NCBI GenBank assembly: GCA_951406725.2
Contig: OX597823.1
Span: forward strand, 87,482,001 to 87,546,000
Source of the DNA: Octopus vulgaris
Lineage: Eukaryota
DNA length: 64,000 nucleotides
Direction: 5' to 3'
Position 1 is the first letter of the stretch. Every line of letters begins with the position of its first letter. Of this stretch, positions 39,621 through 53,605 are shown piece after piece. The position numbers and the translations under genes were made by a program. The notes under the pieces were generated by a model. That model was not told where the DNA came from, searched no databases, and saw only the letters and a program-made list of their open reading frames with translations.

Positions 39621-40719
39621 CACTCCTTGTTTTGATATCAAAACCAATTGATATTTTTCATTGGTCTATCTTAATTTAAATGTGTTTCTATTGAGTTGTT
39701 CTGTTATTGATTTCCACTCCGATCATTCACAATTATTACATTCATCTTTCCAAGCTGACAGTTTTCAAAAACCTTAATTTGTAGATCCTCATCTGTAGGC
39801 GCACACCACACTCAATCAACCGTTGACCAAAGAAAGCTGAACATTACTTCTTTCTATTTTAATTATAAGTTCATTAGACGTGCATATTTCTTGTATAAGA
39901 GGGCATCACCACCAGCGTTACACAAATCGGTGTTCTTCCACTGTCGTAAATGATGACGTTCGGATAACTGTATCCTCATTTTATTGCATGTCACATAAGC
40001 ACGTACATTGCTGGTTTTCAGTTGATTAATTTAATTTATCAACTGATCAATTTAATGTCCGTTTACGTGGGTTGCGAAGATATGTACATATGTTGCGTAT
40101 CGCTGCCTTCGCATTGCATTCACATAAGTGTATTTGCCGCAATTCCCATCATTGTGAAATATTGTAGACTGTTTTTTATTTTCTTTCTCAAAGTCCTTCG
40201 TCACTTGCACTGTAATGTTATCTTTAAGGTGAGAGACGCGTTTAAATAAAGATTTCCCTTGATGTCTGGTAACTCTTAACTGATGATTAGAGGCGACAAA
40301 ACTCTTTAAGACGTAAATAAAATTGTTATCTTAAAGGAGGTTAGGAGCAAGATTTCAGCGAGGTTAATTTATAACATAATTCCATTTCTTGGATGTATCG
40401 TTTCATTCAGATAATCAATGTTTCCAGGGAGGTCATAAAATTCTTGTGTCTACCATTCCCGGTTGACTTTGCTGGGTCTTTATTGATGAAACTTATTCGA
40501 TAGAAGCAATTAACAAATATCCCCTGAGTTAGTGAATGGAATCTGCAAGAGCAAACACATTTGCAAATACGGTTGCTCTCCGGATCCTGCTCATAAATTC
40601 CCTTCATGTAACTGCTTCCTCCTCATTTTCTTATTGAATCTTCTCAACGCACTGTAGCTCTTCATATAAAATATTACTTCACAGCAGGAATATATATAAT
40701 TCCTCAAGTGCTAGTTCGA

Positions 40720-40800
<81 letters not shown>

Positions 40801-41219
40801 TGTTGATAGATTGTAGCGTTAATGTTATGCACTTCAGGGGTTAATCTTACTCTAGCAGATTAAATGAAATGAAGAAAAAAATGTTTCTATGTTGCAGTCA
40901 TTCTGATTACAGGATAATATAATAGCTAGAATAACAAGGTTAACAAAAATAAGAAGGTTAATGTCAAGAATTATTATGGCATTTATCAAATTTGCAACAA
41001 TATTCAATAAGTGTTTATAACGAACCAAATTACTCGAACATAAAACTAAGATATATTTTACATATAAAATGAATGATTATATATATATAATTTTTATCTC
41101 ACTAGGCTTACAAAGAATATGTCCCGGGGTCGATTTGTTCGATTACAGGCGATGCTCCACATGGCCGTACCCAACTGTCTGAAACAAATAAAAAATACAA
41201 GAATAAATCAATATATATG

Positions 41220-41296
<77 letters not shown>

Positions 41297-41627
41297 ATGT
41301 GTATACATACACACACATAGGTACATACACTGGGCTGTGTGTGTATGTATGTGTATGTCCATCTTTATGTCGGTATTTATGAGTGTAGAAGAGCCATAAA
41401 GATACGCAAGCCAGACCCAGTGGGGCGCAGCACAGCATGTTTGGCTACTCACCGAACGGTATAATCACTCTGGCTATTAATCAGCTCTGACTGTAATAAC
41501 ATCTACTTAAATGCGCGTACGAGAATGTGTATATGCTCGAAACCACGCGTCTGCGTTAGTACATATGCGCACTTTATTACGAGCATGTGTACGTGTGCCA
41601 GAGCAGGAGTGTGTGTGCGTTTGTATA

Positions 41628-42062
41628 GTGGCAGGAGTGGCTGTGTGGTAAGTAGCTTGCTAACCAACCACATGGTTCCGGGTTCAGTCCCACTGCGTGG
41701 CATCTTGGGGAAGTGTCTTCTACTATAGCCCCGGGCCGACCAATGCCTTGTGAGTGGATTTGGTAGACGGAAACTGAAAGAAGCCTGTCGTATATATGTA
41801 TATATATATACATATATAAGTGTTTGTGTGCGTGTGTGTGTTTGTGTGTTTGTGTTTGTTCCCCCCCAACATCGCTTGACAACCGATGCTGGTGTGTTTA
41901 CGTCCCCGTCACTTAGCGGTTCGGCAAAAGAGACCGATAGAATAAGTACCGGGCTTACAAAGAATAAGTCCCGGGGTCGATTTGCTCGACTAAAGGCGGT
42001 GCTCCGGTATGGCCGCAGTCAAATGACTGAAACAAGTAAAAGAGTAAAAAGAGTAAAAGAGA
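41628..42062 (+). mobile_element. SINE family B, full length and well preserved
   Basis: A box TGGCTGTGTGG, B box GGTTCAGTCCC, CORE-like CTTGGGGAAGTGTCTT, internal (TA)/(TG)n, tail (AAAAGAGT)n. Confidence 0.9.
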
Positions 42063-42961
42063 GTAACTGTTATATGTGATAATTGTTTTCGCTATATTAT
42101 ATATTTGTCTCCTTCGACATTAATCTTCTATAAGATTGATGTAGTTTCCGTTAGTTTGCCATTTCTATCCACCATGCCAAAGAGGTAAATATGCAGCAAT
42201 AAGTTATGCAAAACAAAGTTTGTTGTAACAAGATACCTCTTCTTGAACATCACCTAATTAGATACCTCTGCATAGATGGATGCACCTCAACCACTTGTAC
42301 AGTATGCCACCCGCGAGGGATCGGTGCTACATGGGTCGAAACGACTGTAGTCGTCAATAGATATTTGCGTATATTCCATATTCCGTCTCTCTCATTATAT
42401 ATAAAAAACATACAAACATACACATACATACAATATATATTGCAGATAAGGGTACAGAACGTCACCGACTGTAAACAACATGAAATACGAAAGCAAGCGA
42501 GTTAAATACGCAAACAACAAGAGAAAAAATTGAAATCTGGATAAATAACACGAAGAACGACCCTTCATCAGTTGTCAGCTGTCTATTTACTCGTCATTTC
42601 GAGCAATCAACGACAATATGAGTCTTCGAAGACAGTTGCTCCCATAACTTCCAAAATAAATTCTGGATTTTAAGGAGGGTCTAATTTGGGAACAAAAGTA
42701 GCACAGTGGAAACATACAAGGGCACCGAACGAAAACAAAACATGGAGGGTCGTCAGACCAGAACGAGGGGAAAGATAGTGAACGCTGGAAAGAATATATA
42801 TATATATAAATACATAACGTTAGTAGTTAATTAAGCATATGATATTTTTGGCCTGTAGGGTAGCCTGCGTTATATACCTCGCTTGGATATTTACCACTTC
42901 GAAGTTCCGCTCGCTGTGATATATATGTAGCCCAGATATTATCAGCTCTACTCGTTAACTC

Positions 42962-43055
<94 letters not shown>

Positions 43056-43368
43056 GTATATATATTCTTTCATTTTATTACTTGTTCCAGTTATTTGACT
43101 GCAGCCATGCTGAAGCAGAGCCTTAAAGGCTTTTAGTCGAAAAAATCGACCCCATGATATATTCTTTGTAAGCAGAGTACTTATCCTATCAGTCTCTTTT
43201 GTACTTTTGTATGTGTATATGTTTCACTTAGTCGTAACGATACTGATAACCACCACGTTAGAAGTTTTGTGGGAAGTATAAGGTGATACACAAGCACTGC
43301 ATCTTTTAGCAGTAAGCTAATGAATTTCTTTGTATAATCTCTTGTTCCTTTGTCATATATTTAATTTA

Positions 43369-43400
<32 letters not shown>

Positions 43401-43457
43401 GTCTGCTTATTTATCTATCAACCTATCTGTGTATCTACTTATCTCTTTCTCTTTCTC

Positions 43458-43523
<66 letters not shown>

Positions 43524-43868
43524 ATATATATATATATTTCCACCGATATTTAATATACGTACATAAGTAAATAAACACATAGAAAGAGTTTTACAGACAC
43601 ATAGACTGGTACCCAACGCAAGAATACGCAAACGCACTGACGTACATACAAGCACACGTTTAATAAAGCAGACTAGAATTGTTAAAGGACAAGTTCACAG
43701 AAGTCGAGAAAACTTTTGACACAACAATAATGTGTTGTATTAGAGGATGAAATAGAATTAAATCTAACAGATACTATGTGTTCTCAGATGGCTTCAGTAA
43801 TTAGTTTAGGATATAAATTGTGATATTGCTAGATCAAGATTTTTATATATTAATATATATATATGTGT

Positions 43869-43921
<53 letters not shown>

Positions 43922-43989
43922 TGTCTGAGCATGTGTATGTGCATATACAGTTATATACTTATATATACACATATCCTTATTTATGTGTG

Positions 43990-44083
<94 letters not shown>

Positions 44084-44088
44084 CCTAC

Positions 44089-44129
<41 letters not shown>

Positions 44130-44130
44130 G

Positions 44131-44180
<50 letters not shown>
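43990..44180. repeat. (TCTA)n microsatellite
   Basis: Direct inspection. Confidence 0.95.
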
Positions 44181-44181
<1 letters not shown>

Positions 44182-44319
44182 ATATATATATATATATATA
44201 TATAGATGTATATATGTACATATATATATACATGTATATACATGCATGTATATATGTATGTATTTATATATGTATATACACACACGAATGCGACACCTAC
44301 CCTTTCTCACTGATTCTAT

Positions 44320-44355
<36 letters not shown>

Positions 44356-45799
44356 CTTACACATATATATATATATTTATATTTACTTATATATGTGTGC
44401 ATGGGTAGATAAAAATTTACACAGGCATGCATATATATGTGTGTGTATATTATTTAATAATTCGATATATCTTCATTTGTCTTTGTCGCTGAAACATGTG
44501 CTAATCGATGCTCTTATAAATTTCTCTCAGGTAATATTTGTTTCCAGTTATCAAATTACCTAGGTCATGAATGTGTTCAACTCTTTTTATGTCTAAATAT
44601 CTTGACTGCGAGTGTTAAGTTATGGCAAATGCTGTTCTGACGACGCTTATAGCTAAGAAACATACGTCCACACGTCCGTAATTGTATTTTCCCACAAAGC
44701 TATGTAAACTTTACAGAATATATTATCCTTGAGATAATCACTGCTTCGTATTTGGAGCTGATTCCAATTGCCAAAAAGTGGGTGTTCTAAGTCTTCAGTC
44801 GAAGCAGAGACAGTTTCAATCAATCAAAACATTTATATTATATGGTATTTCATTTAATCCTGAAACGGCAGGAAATGGATTACATCTGCGCCAAATGAAC
44901 AAAACCAAAAAAGGTCTCTTTCACTTAAGGGTAATTTTTATAATTAATACGAAAGTTACAAAAACTGCTAATCTTGGGCACAATAAAATTTACTATCCCG
45001 TTATCGAAAAGTGCCGTAAAATATTTAGTTTCATTTCCGTCCTGCCTGAGCATAAATTCATTTGAGATTCTCACATTGTTGTTGAACGAATGTAAAAATG
45101 GAATAAAAATCGGAACATTTTCCCCCTCCAGATATTTTTCAAGCATCACGTTGATCTGTGCAATTTAAATTGTCGCCGACATCATCTGATAATAAAAGAA
45201 AAGCAGGAAAAAGGAAACTTCTTTGTCGTTGTGTAAATTTTCCATTTGCGACTCCATTTTTCCTATCGATAAAGGCCGCTTACGCTTACGCACATTTGAC
45301 GAAGTAGACGCTCGTGTATCAATTGAAAATGGCCATATCTATGCAGAATATTTGAAATATCAATCGATGATATCTGCTGATTAAGGGATAATTACAGTAT
45401 TTTTGTTTTGTTGAACTACATTCGCCACTAGCTACTGAATGATTTCTTGTAGCACAATTTCGTGTCCTACATGCACTACGCATACATAAATGTTTGTGTG
45501 TGGGTACCTCTTTCTACGTTAAAGAGGTACGTGAAAACCAGTGTTGTTTTGTTTGGAACCTGTAAGTAGATTGAACTGCCGTTTCGATTGTGTCTGTAAC
45601 TGAGACGTGTATTTCTTGTTACGCATGTTTCACACTGAATTTACTGATGCACAGAGACATTTTGCATACACATCAACTTTGCACACTGAGTAGGAGGTCC
45701 AGCTGATGGAAATAACTGCGAGCCAATACGCCCATGTTCCGGAAGAGATGAATATATTTATAGCACAGGTAATTTGCTGAATGTAAACGAAGATTACCT

Positions 45800-46873
45800 G
45801 AGAGAGTTATATTACTTTCGTCTACAAAGTTTGTAAGGAGTTAGAGACTGAAGATGGAAACGTATCACTAGTATCAAAGCATAAAGAGCATTCTAAAGAC
45901 TTTGAAATAATCGGAAACCCTCAATTTATCCAACAAGTTCAACAGGCCATTGATCACAATTTTAGAAATTCCATGAAGTCAATTGCAAAAGATTTCCATG
46001 TTTCAGAAGGAACAGTCAGAAATGTTGTCCACGAAGACTTCAGATATATGTTATATGATGAGGAAAGGTCAATTTGTCACAAAAAGAAAGTCAGTACATC
46101 AGATCTAAAAGGCTTTTAAACAAACTGAAAAATCCAACAGAAGAATATTTGATTTGGATTTTCTCAAATGAGAAAAGCTTCACCAAGATCAAACAGTTAA
46201 CAGAAGAAATGATACATGTTTATGTGCAGACCCATCTAAAGTTCCAAGTGTTATTTATGCATAGAAATTTTCCGGAAATGTGATGGTTTTAGGGGTTGTC
46301 AGCAACGAAGGACGTGTGATGCCTCCTTACTTCTTTCTACAAGGCCTTAGAATCAACTCTGTCGCCTCCATTGAGGTCCTGGAAATAATTGTTAAGCCCT
46401 AGATCGATAGTGTATGCAATGGAAGACCACATGCATTTCAGTAAGACTCTGCACTATCACACATGGCTCCAGTAACATAGAAATGGATGGCTGAAAATTT
46501 TCATGATCACATAACCCCTAACATTTGGCCTCCTAATTCCTCAGTCAATCCACTGGACTATTACATGTGGAGCATTGTTGAGAGAGAGGTCAATGAACAC
46601 AGCCATGACACCAAAGATTCTTTGAAAGCTGCTATAGTCAGAGTAATGTCCAAAATGAACCAGGACCACTTGATTCGAGCATGTAGATGATTTAGATATC
46701 ATATAGATGCAGTTTTTGAAACTGAAGATGGCTTTATTGAATAGCATTATAGAAAAAAAAAGGTTTATTTTTATTCTCTTAGCATTTTTTGATATATACA
46801 GTTATTATGTGTTATATAACTGTTTTTTTTTTACATAAACTTAAATCTGTCCTCAAATATCTTACGCACCCTG
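45800..46873 (+). mobile_element. decayed Tc1/mariner-superfamily transposon (DD37D/maT-like)
   Basis: WIFSNEKSF, VMVLGVVSNEG, FQ*DSALSH, WPPNSSVNPLDYYMWSIVE, LIRACR*FR..GFIE*; right end GCACCCTG|TA; left end not found. Confidence 0.85.
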
Positions 46874-47179
46874 TATACAAACCTGCACACTCACACACAC
46901 ACAAACACACACACATATATATATGTACATACATATGTGTATATATACACACACATACATATATATGTGTGTGTTTCTTTTTTTTTGTGTGTGTGTGTGT
47001 GTGCGTGCGTGTGTATGTATGTATTCACACACGTAGCACTACATCAAATTAGTCTACGTTTAGTGCGCAAAAGTAATTTTCACCTCCTCACAAATTCAAA
47101 GCGCTTTTCTTCACTTCTCAGCTTATATATTGCTTGCCATTCTGAACATCTAATGAAGGATTACGAAATCTAATGAGGG

Positions 47180-47217
<38 letters not shown>

Positions 47218-47234
47218 GTAAATAAACACATATA

Positions 47235-47279
<45 letters not shown>

Positions 47280-47954
47280 ACTCACGCAACACACTCACAC
47301 ACATACACACACACACGTATTTAAAATCCGGCTTACTGCCATTCTAAGGAATTTAATCCTTAGTATTAATAATGTATAGATACTCATTATCTTCAGATGA
47401 GTTTGCTTCCATCATTGCTTTTTATTATGAATCATTTCTACTTAACGATGTCTTCAGAGATAAAACGCAATCTACAATTCATTTGGTTGTCCCGAAGCCT
47501 AAAATATCCTGTGTCTTTAATCAGCTTTTAGTTTAAAGATACACTGCAGGAGACTTGGGAAATTTAATCGCCTTCCGTTTATAAGATGTTCAATAGAAAT
47601 CAGGTAAGAATGTCATTGTAAAAAATTTGCAAACTCAATAATTTATATCCCGGGTGATTTTCCAATAACAGTAATTCTTATCTACCTGAATGTAATTTGG
47701 ACGGCCAATAGAATTACCATTTTCCCGGTAATTGTCTTTTAAAAATCACTAATACCTTTCTCTACGTGTCAGTATTCACAGAATTAGTATGTGAATGTAC
47801 AAAGCAGGCATAAAAATTTGTCAAAATTAATTGTTAGTATTAATAGACTAGAAATAAAAAATCTCGTGAATTGCTTTAATCGGTTTCCGACCCTTATTGG
47901 GGTTTTAATCAGCTGTGTCTACATCCCCAGGTCAATTATATTAGAAAACACGTA

Positions 47955-48322
47955 AGACGGCGAGCTGGCAGAAACGTTAGCACGCCGGGCGAAATGCTTA
48001 GCAGAAATTCATCTGCCGCTACATTCTGAGTTCAAATTACGCCGAGGTCGACTTTGCCCAGTTACGTACTGTGGTCGATGTAATCGACTTAATCCCTTTG
48101 TCTGTCCTTGTTTGTCCCCCCTGTGTTTAGCCCCTTGTGGGTAGTAAAGAAATAGGTATTTTGCCTACCGTTACGTTATGAGTCCAAATTCCGCCGAGGT
48201 AGACTTTGCATTTCACCCTTTCTGGGTCGATAACTTATGTACTAGTTGCGTACTGAGTTCGAACTAATCAACTGGCCCCTTCTCCAAACATTTCGTGCCT
48301 TGTGCCTAGAGTAAAAAGAATA
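47955..48322 (+). mobile_element. SINE family A dimer
   Basis: Head, tail GCCCCTTGTGGGTAGTAAAGAAATAGGTATT, then a second core. Confidence 0.85.
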
Positions 48323-48369
48323 TTAGTAAACACGTGACGAAGGTAGTAGGAAAGAGCAGTACATTCTGT

Positions 48370-48676
48370 TCTTCTCTTTTACTTGTTCCAGTCATTTGAC
48401 TGCGGCCATACTGGAGCACCGCCTTTAGTCGAACAAATAGAACCCAGAACATATTCTAATAGCCTAATACTTATTCTATCCGTCTCTTTTGCAGAACCGC
48501 TAAGCTACGGGGACATAAACACACACACACACACCTATATATATACTAATATATACAGCGGGCTTCTTTCAATTTCTGTCAACAAAATCCGCTCACAAGG
48601 CTTTGTTCGTCCCGAGCTTTTAGTAGAAGACACTTGCTCAAGGTGCAGCGTAGTGGGACTGAACCTGGAACCATGT
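48370..48676 (-). mobile_element. SINE family B
   Basis: CATTTGACTGCGGCCATACTGGAGCACCGCCTTTAGTCGA...GTGGGACTGAACC. Confidence 0.8.
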
Positions 48677-49393
48677 GATTACACGTCCAATCAAGTAGCT
48701 TCCGGGAACCTGAAATTATTAATTTGCATACTATCATTGCTTAACACTTTCTGTTGATATGATCGACCTGCTGACGGAGATCTCAGTCCATGCTGTCGCA
48801 AACTGGGATTTGAACTCGTGGTAGACAAACAACCATGTCAAATGTACCATTTCCGTCTCCGCAAAGTGAAAATATCTGCTTTAATCGAATTTCAACTTTT
48901 ATTGGGAGTTTAATCAGGGGTGTCTATATCACTTGATCAAAAACAGAGAAACAAATAACTAATCCGTTTATATACACATCAATCTAGTAACTTCAGGGAG
49001 CTAAAGCTATTAATTAATTTGTAAATTAAGTTTACGCACAATGGTCGTTTGCAATAGTCTATATATTCAAGGGACCGGATGAATTTTCCCGACAGAATTT
49101 ATAAGCACATTCGTATATGAAATTAAGAATGTCAGAGAATGTTTAAAATTTCATAATTAATTCTCGGTGACGCCACTAGTACTTTGTATATATATGTCGA
49201 ATTTTCCTTTAGATTAAGTTTAAGACAGAAATTGTTCTCATTATTTCAGGACATTCGTATATCAAAGGAATGAGTAGACATGTTAGCCTGATATAGACAC
49301 ACTTCAAAGTATGTTTTCCAATTATGTACATTCAAATGCCTGATTTTAGAGCCAGTATGCATTCTATATTGTTGGAGTTAAACACTCAGAACA

Positions 49394-49453
<60 letters not shown>

Positions 49454-49461
<8 letters not shown>

Positions 49462-49582
49462 GTTGATTACTGTCAATCTAACAAGAACGTGACAGTAGGG
49501 GGTACACCACCGTTGTATAGCCCCTGTGGTGTACCCCCTACTGTCACGTCCTTGTTAGATTGATAGTATACAACCATTCTAT
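49454..49582. repeat. long near-perfect inverted repeat (arms about 57 bp, loop 15 nt)
   Basis: AGAATGGTTG..CAATCTAACAAG..CGTGACAGTAGGGGGTACACCAC / GTGGTGTACCCCCTACTGTCACG..CTTGTTAGATTG..CAACCATTCT. Confidence 0.9.
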
Positions 49583-49634
49583 CGCCTCACCACCGTACAT
49601 CTCTCTACGAGAGATTTAGAAATTCAATATTTCT

Positions 49635-49668
<34 letters not shown>

Positions 49669-49669
49669 G

Positions 49670-49725
<56 letters not shown>

Positions 49726-49956
49726 TTTGATACTTTGATACTTTGATAGGTTTCGGCCATGTCTAACTTAATAGCACCACCGGGTGTTAATAGCACCATA
49801 TATATATATATATATAATTCAGTTATTGAGATTTCAATCAATAGATTTGTGGGTATTCCATTTCAGATAATGCAAAAAGAACATAACGAGTATTTATGAT
49901 GGAAAACTCGTGGTGTTTATATGCACATTAAGAAATGTTAAAATTATAATGAGAAA

Positions 49957-50040
49957 GTAACTACGCGTGTTTCTGTACTGGAAGATCAGAATATATGTAA
50001 TCATCAGATTTATATTTCCACCAACACATCTTCAGGTTCT
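49957..50040 (-). ncRNA. type I hammerhead ribozyme motif
   Basis: Minus strand aac-CTGAAGA-tgtgttgg...ccagtaca-GAAA-cacgcg-TA-gtt; helix II 8 bp with two G-U pairs, ACGCGT palindrome, GUA triplet. Confidence 0.6.
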
Positions 50041-50278
50041 TTTTCATCATATTGTTCAGCTATTTTAAATCACCGTAAAAATTAAGCGTTAAATTAAAAA
50101 TTAAAAATAAATTTTACAAAATTAAGATTTAAAAATTATAAATTATGAATATAAATTAACATAGATATATCAAACTTAGAATGTCAAATATAAAATTATA
50201 AATCAGGATCAAGAGGTGTGTGATTAAATGTAAAAAAAATAAAGATACATATCCACTTGCGATAGGATGAAGATGTGA

Positions 50279-50352
<74 letters not shown>

Positions 50353-50400
50353 TATATATACATATATACATACACATATATATTTATATATACATCCATC

Positions 50401-50486
<86 letters not shown>

Positions 50487-50554
50487 TATACATGCACACA
50501 CACACACATATATATATGCCTATGCATGCATATACATATCTGAATATATACATG

Positions 50555-50805
50555 CCTAGTACTTATTCTATCGGTTGTCAAGCGATGTTGGGGGACAAAC
50601 ACACACACATACACACACACACACAGATATATACATATATACGATGGGCTTCTTTCAGTTTCCATCTACCAAATCCACTCACAAAGCTTTGGTCGGTCCG
50701 AGGCTATAGTAGAAGACACTTGCCGAAGGTGCCATGCTGTGGGACTGAACCCAGAACCATGTGATTCGTAAGCAAGCTACTTACCACACAGCCACGACTG
50801 CGCCT
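50555..50805 (-). mobile_element. SINE family B
   Basis: CTTCTTTCAGTTTCCATCTACCAAATCCACTCACAA..GGGACTGAACCC..CCACACAGCCAC. Confidence 0.85.
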
Positions 50806-51567
50806 GTTGCGTATATTTGGATTAATAGACAGATTGAAAAGAAAGAGAGAAAGAGAGAGAGGGAGAGAAGGGAAAACAGACAGACAGAGTAGGAAAGAGG
50901 GAAAGAGAGAGGAAGATTGTTATTCGCGCTTCGTATTATTCCGATCCTATAAGAACCGCCATAATGGGAAACCAATTTCACTATTTTTTTAAGAATTAAA
51001 TTGCATCCAACAGAATGTAGCCAAACATAATAGAATCCCTTTTTATATGCATCTCTATAACATTTTTATATTTACGTACACATGATGTAGTAAGTGTTCA
51101 TAAAAGCATTTGATGCAAAAAATAAACCGAAAGCCACAGGGAATTGTCGAAAATATCCTGTAACGTCATAATACTGTAGGACTTTTAAATGAGGTTGACA
51201 GCTATAAGATAGGCTGTGTTTTTCTTTGAAATAAAACTTTTTATTAGAAACACAATACAACCCGAATCACAAAATAGTAAATTAAATGAGTTTGATGAAG
51301 GGCCCTATCTTTCCTCTTTCCCGTAGCAAAGAAGTATCTAAAAAGGCTTGTCCGTCCGGCTCACGATCCCAATGGAGAAAATGGAAAAGAAGACAGCGAG
51401 GGAGGCGCAGGGAATATGGTAGAGTGGGTTTTACAGAGAGGAAAAGAGGTACCTTGTGCCTATAGCAGAAAAGATATCTGAAACTAGATTTCCACCATAC
51501 ATATATGAATATGCGTATGTGCACGTATGTGTCTGCCTGTGTATGTATATATACCTATATATGTTTG

Positions 51568-51780
51568 CGAGAGGGTGCTGAAGAGTTCCTAGCTTAACAG
51601 GTGTCATAAAAGGCCTGGCTGGAAACCAACCCTCCAAGTTCTTTTACAGTACTTAGAAAAACTGAAAGACGGCTGCGATAAGTACGTGAATCTGAGAGAA
51701 TATATTGAATAAAACCGTAATTAACCCATCCTCCGTTATTTTCTTTTACACAAAACCAGTAACATTTCAATACACACTCG
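51568..51780 (+). mobile_element. mariner-type MITE with a transposase C-terminal remnant
   Basis: CGAGAGGGTGCTGAAGAGTTCCTAG / CCAGTAACATTTCAATACACACTCG|TA imperfect TIRs; internal KAWLE..LEKLKD..EYIE*. Confidence 0.65.
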
Positions 51781-51793
51781 TATTTGTATTCCG

Positions 51794-51879
<86 letters not shown>

Positions 51880-51930
51880 ATATATTTATCCTTCTATCTG
51901 TCTGTATATCTATTTCTATCAATCTATCTA

Positions 51931-52450
51931 TCATCAACCTCTTCAAGTATCACTTGAAAAGGAAAGTGAGAGTAGAGAGGCAAGTTTTGTCTAGCGAATG
52001 TTTAAAAAAAAGATGGGTGTATGTGGCAAGAATGGCACGTATAAATGACGAAGCCACCTTGAGCATAATCCTATGAACCCGGAAATTCAAAAGAGAGGGT
52101 TGCCCACTTGCAAACAAATGTGGTAACATATAACAATATTGACCGAGGTTACCGTGGTCTTTTCCGTAGTATTTTCTTCCCACGGATAAACCTTATCTGC
52201 TTCCCCTTTTACATCTTATATTATGACACTGTGATACACGATCCCTATTGATCGTTTTTTCCCCTTTTTTCCTTTTTTCTTTTTTCTTTACTTTTGTTTC
52301 TTTTTCTTTTTTCTTTTTTTTCTTCTTTCCCTTTTACGATCCCTTTTGATCGAAAACCTACCCCACTTCTTTTTTCCCCAAAAAAGAAAAGCTCTACTTT
52401 GTAATCTGTCCCGCCTGTGTGCATCCCTGTGTGGCTAATAAAGAAACATA
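51931..52450 (+). mobile_element. Tx1-type LINE 3' fragment, copy 1
   Basis: [28 protein letters not shown]; pyrimidine-rich UTR; ends GGCTAATAAAGAAACATA followed by (TCTA)n. Confidence 0.85.
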
Positions 52451-52451
52451 T

Positions 52452-52549
<98 letters not shown>

Positions 52550-52572
52550 GTCTGTCTGTCTGTCTATCTGTT

Positions 52573-52614
<42 letters not shown>

Positions 52615-53432
52615 CGGGGCCGACCTGCCCGAGATGCGGTCAGAGCGACGAAACCGTTCTGCACGCACTCGTTCAGTGTCCAACAATTTCCGACCTGTGG
52701 GCTTATGTCGAACAACTACTGTCACGTGTGGGACGAGTCGGTTTATCAGCTGAGTCTATCGTCAATATTGTCACGCCTCCTTCCTTCAAACGGGAAGGAA
52801 GAGCTATTTTCATCATCCTTGTGGCTATGGCGAAAGAATGTATCTGGTGGACGCGTCTGAAAGGATTGGAGACAAACACTTTCCTCTCTGGTCAATCTCT
52901 CATCAACTTCTTCAAGTACCACTTGAAAAGGAAAGTGAGAGTACAGAGGCAAGTTTTGTCTAGCGAATGTTTTAAAAAAAGATGGGTGAATGTAGCAAGA
53001 ATGGCACGTATGAATGACGAAGCCACCTTGAGCATAGTCCTATGAACCCAGAAATCGAAAACAGAGAGTTGCTTATTTGCAAAAAAAAAAAAAAAAAAAA
53101 AAGAAATATAAAATGTGACTTCATTGACCGAGGTTAGCGTGGTCTTTTCCGTAGGCTTTTCTTTCCACGGGTAAACCTCACCTGTCCTCCCCTTTACACT
53201 TCATATTGACATTTCTGTGATAACGATCCCTATTGATCAATTTTTTTTCCTCCCCCCCCTTTTTTTTAACCCCCCCCTTTTTTGTCCTCTTTCTCTCCTT
53301 TTACGATCCCTTTTGATCGAAACTCCCTCCTTCCTTTTTTTTTTTTTTTTTTTTTCTAACCCTTCAAAAGAAAAGCTCTACCTTGTAATTTGTTCTATCT
53401 GTGTGCAGCCCGGTGTGGCTAATAAAGAAACA

Positions 53433-53434
<2 letters not shown>
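52615..53434 (+). mobile_element. Tx1-type LINE 3' fragment, copy 2
   Basis: [18 protein letters not shown] zinc knuckle, AKECIWWTR; same 3' end GGCTAATAAAGAAACATA followed by (TCTA)n. Confidence 0.88.
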
Positions 53435-53469
<35 letters not shown>

Positions 53470-53546
53470 GCCTGTATATATTTGTCTATCTATCTAACGT
53501 TCTAACTATTTATCTATGTATCAATCTCTCTGTTCATCTAACTACA

Positions 53547-53600
<54 letters not shown>

Positions 53601-53605
53601 ATTGC

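Noticed and set aside
42540-42660. CTGATGA-containing PLE-like fragment on the minus strand (similar one near 28020-28090)
   Set aside because: I could not assemble a consistent GAAA, helix II and helix I
45264-45334. DRE (TATCGATA) and YY1-like (AAAATGGCC) promoter motifs
   Set aside because: Short motifs; TATCGATA also occurs elsewhere in the window and no linked gene is evident
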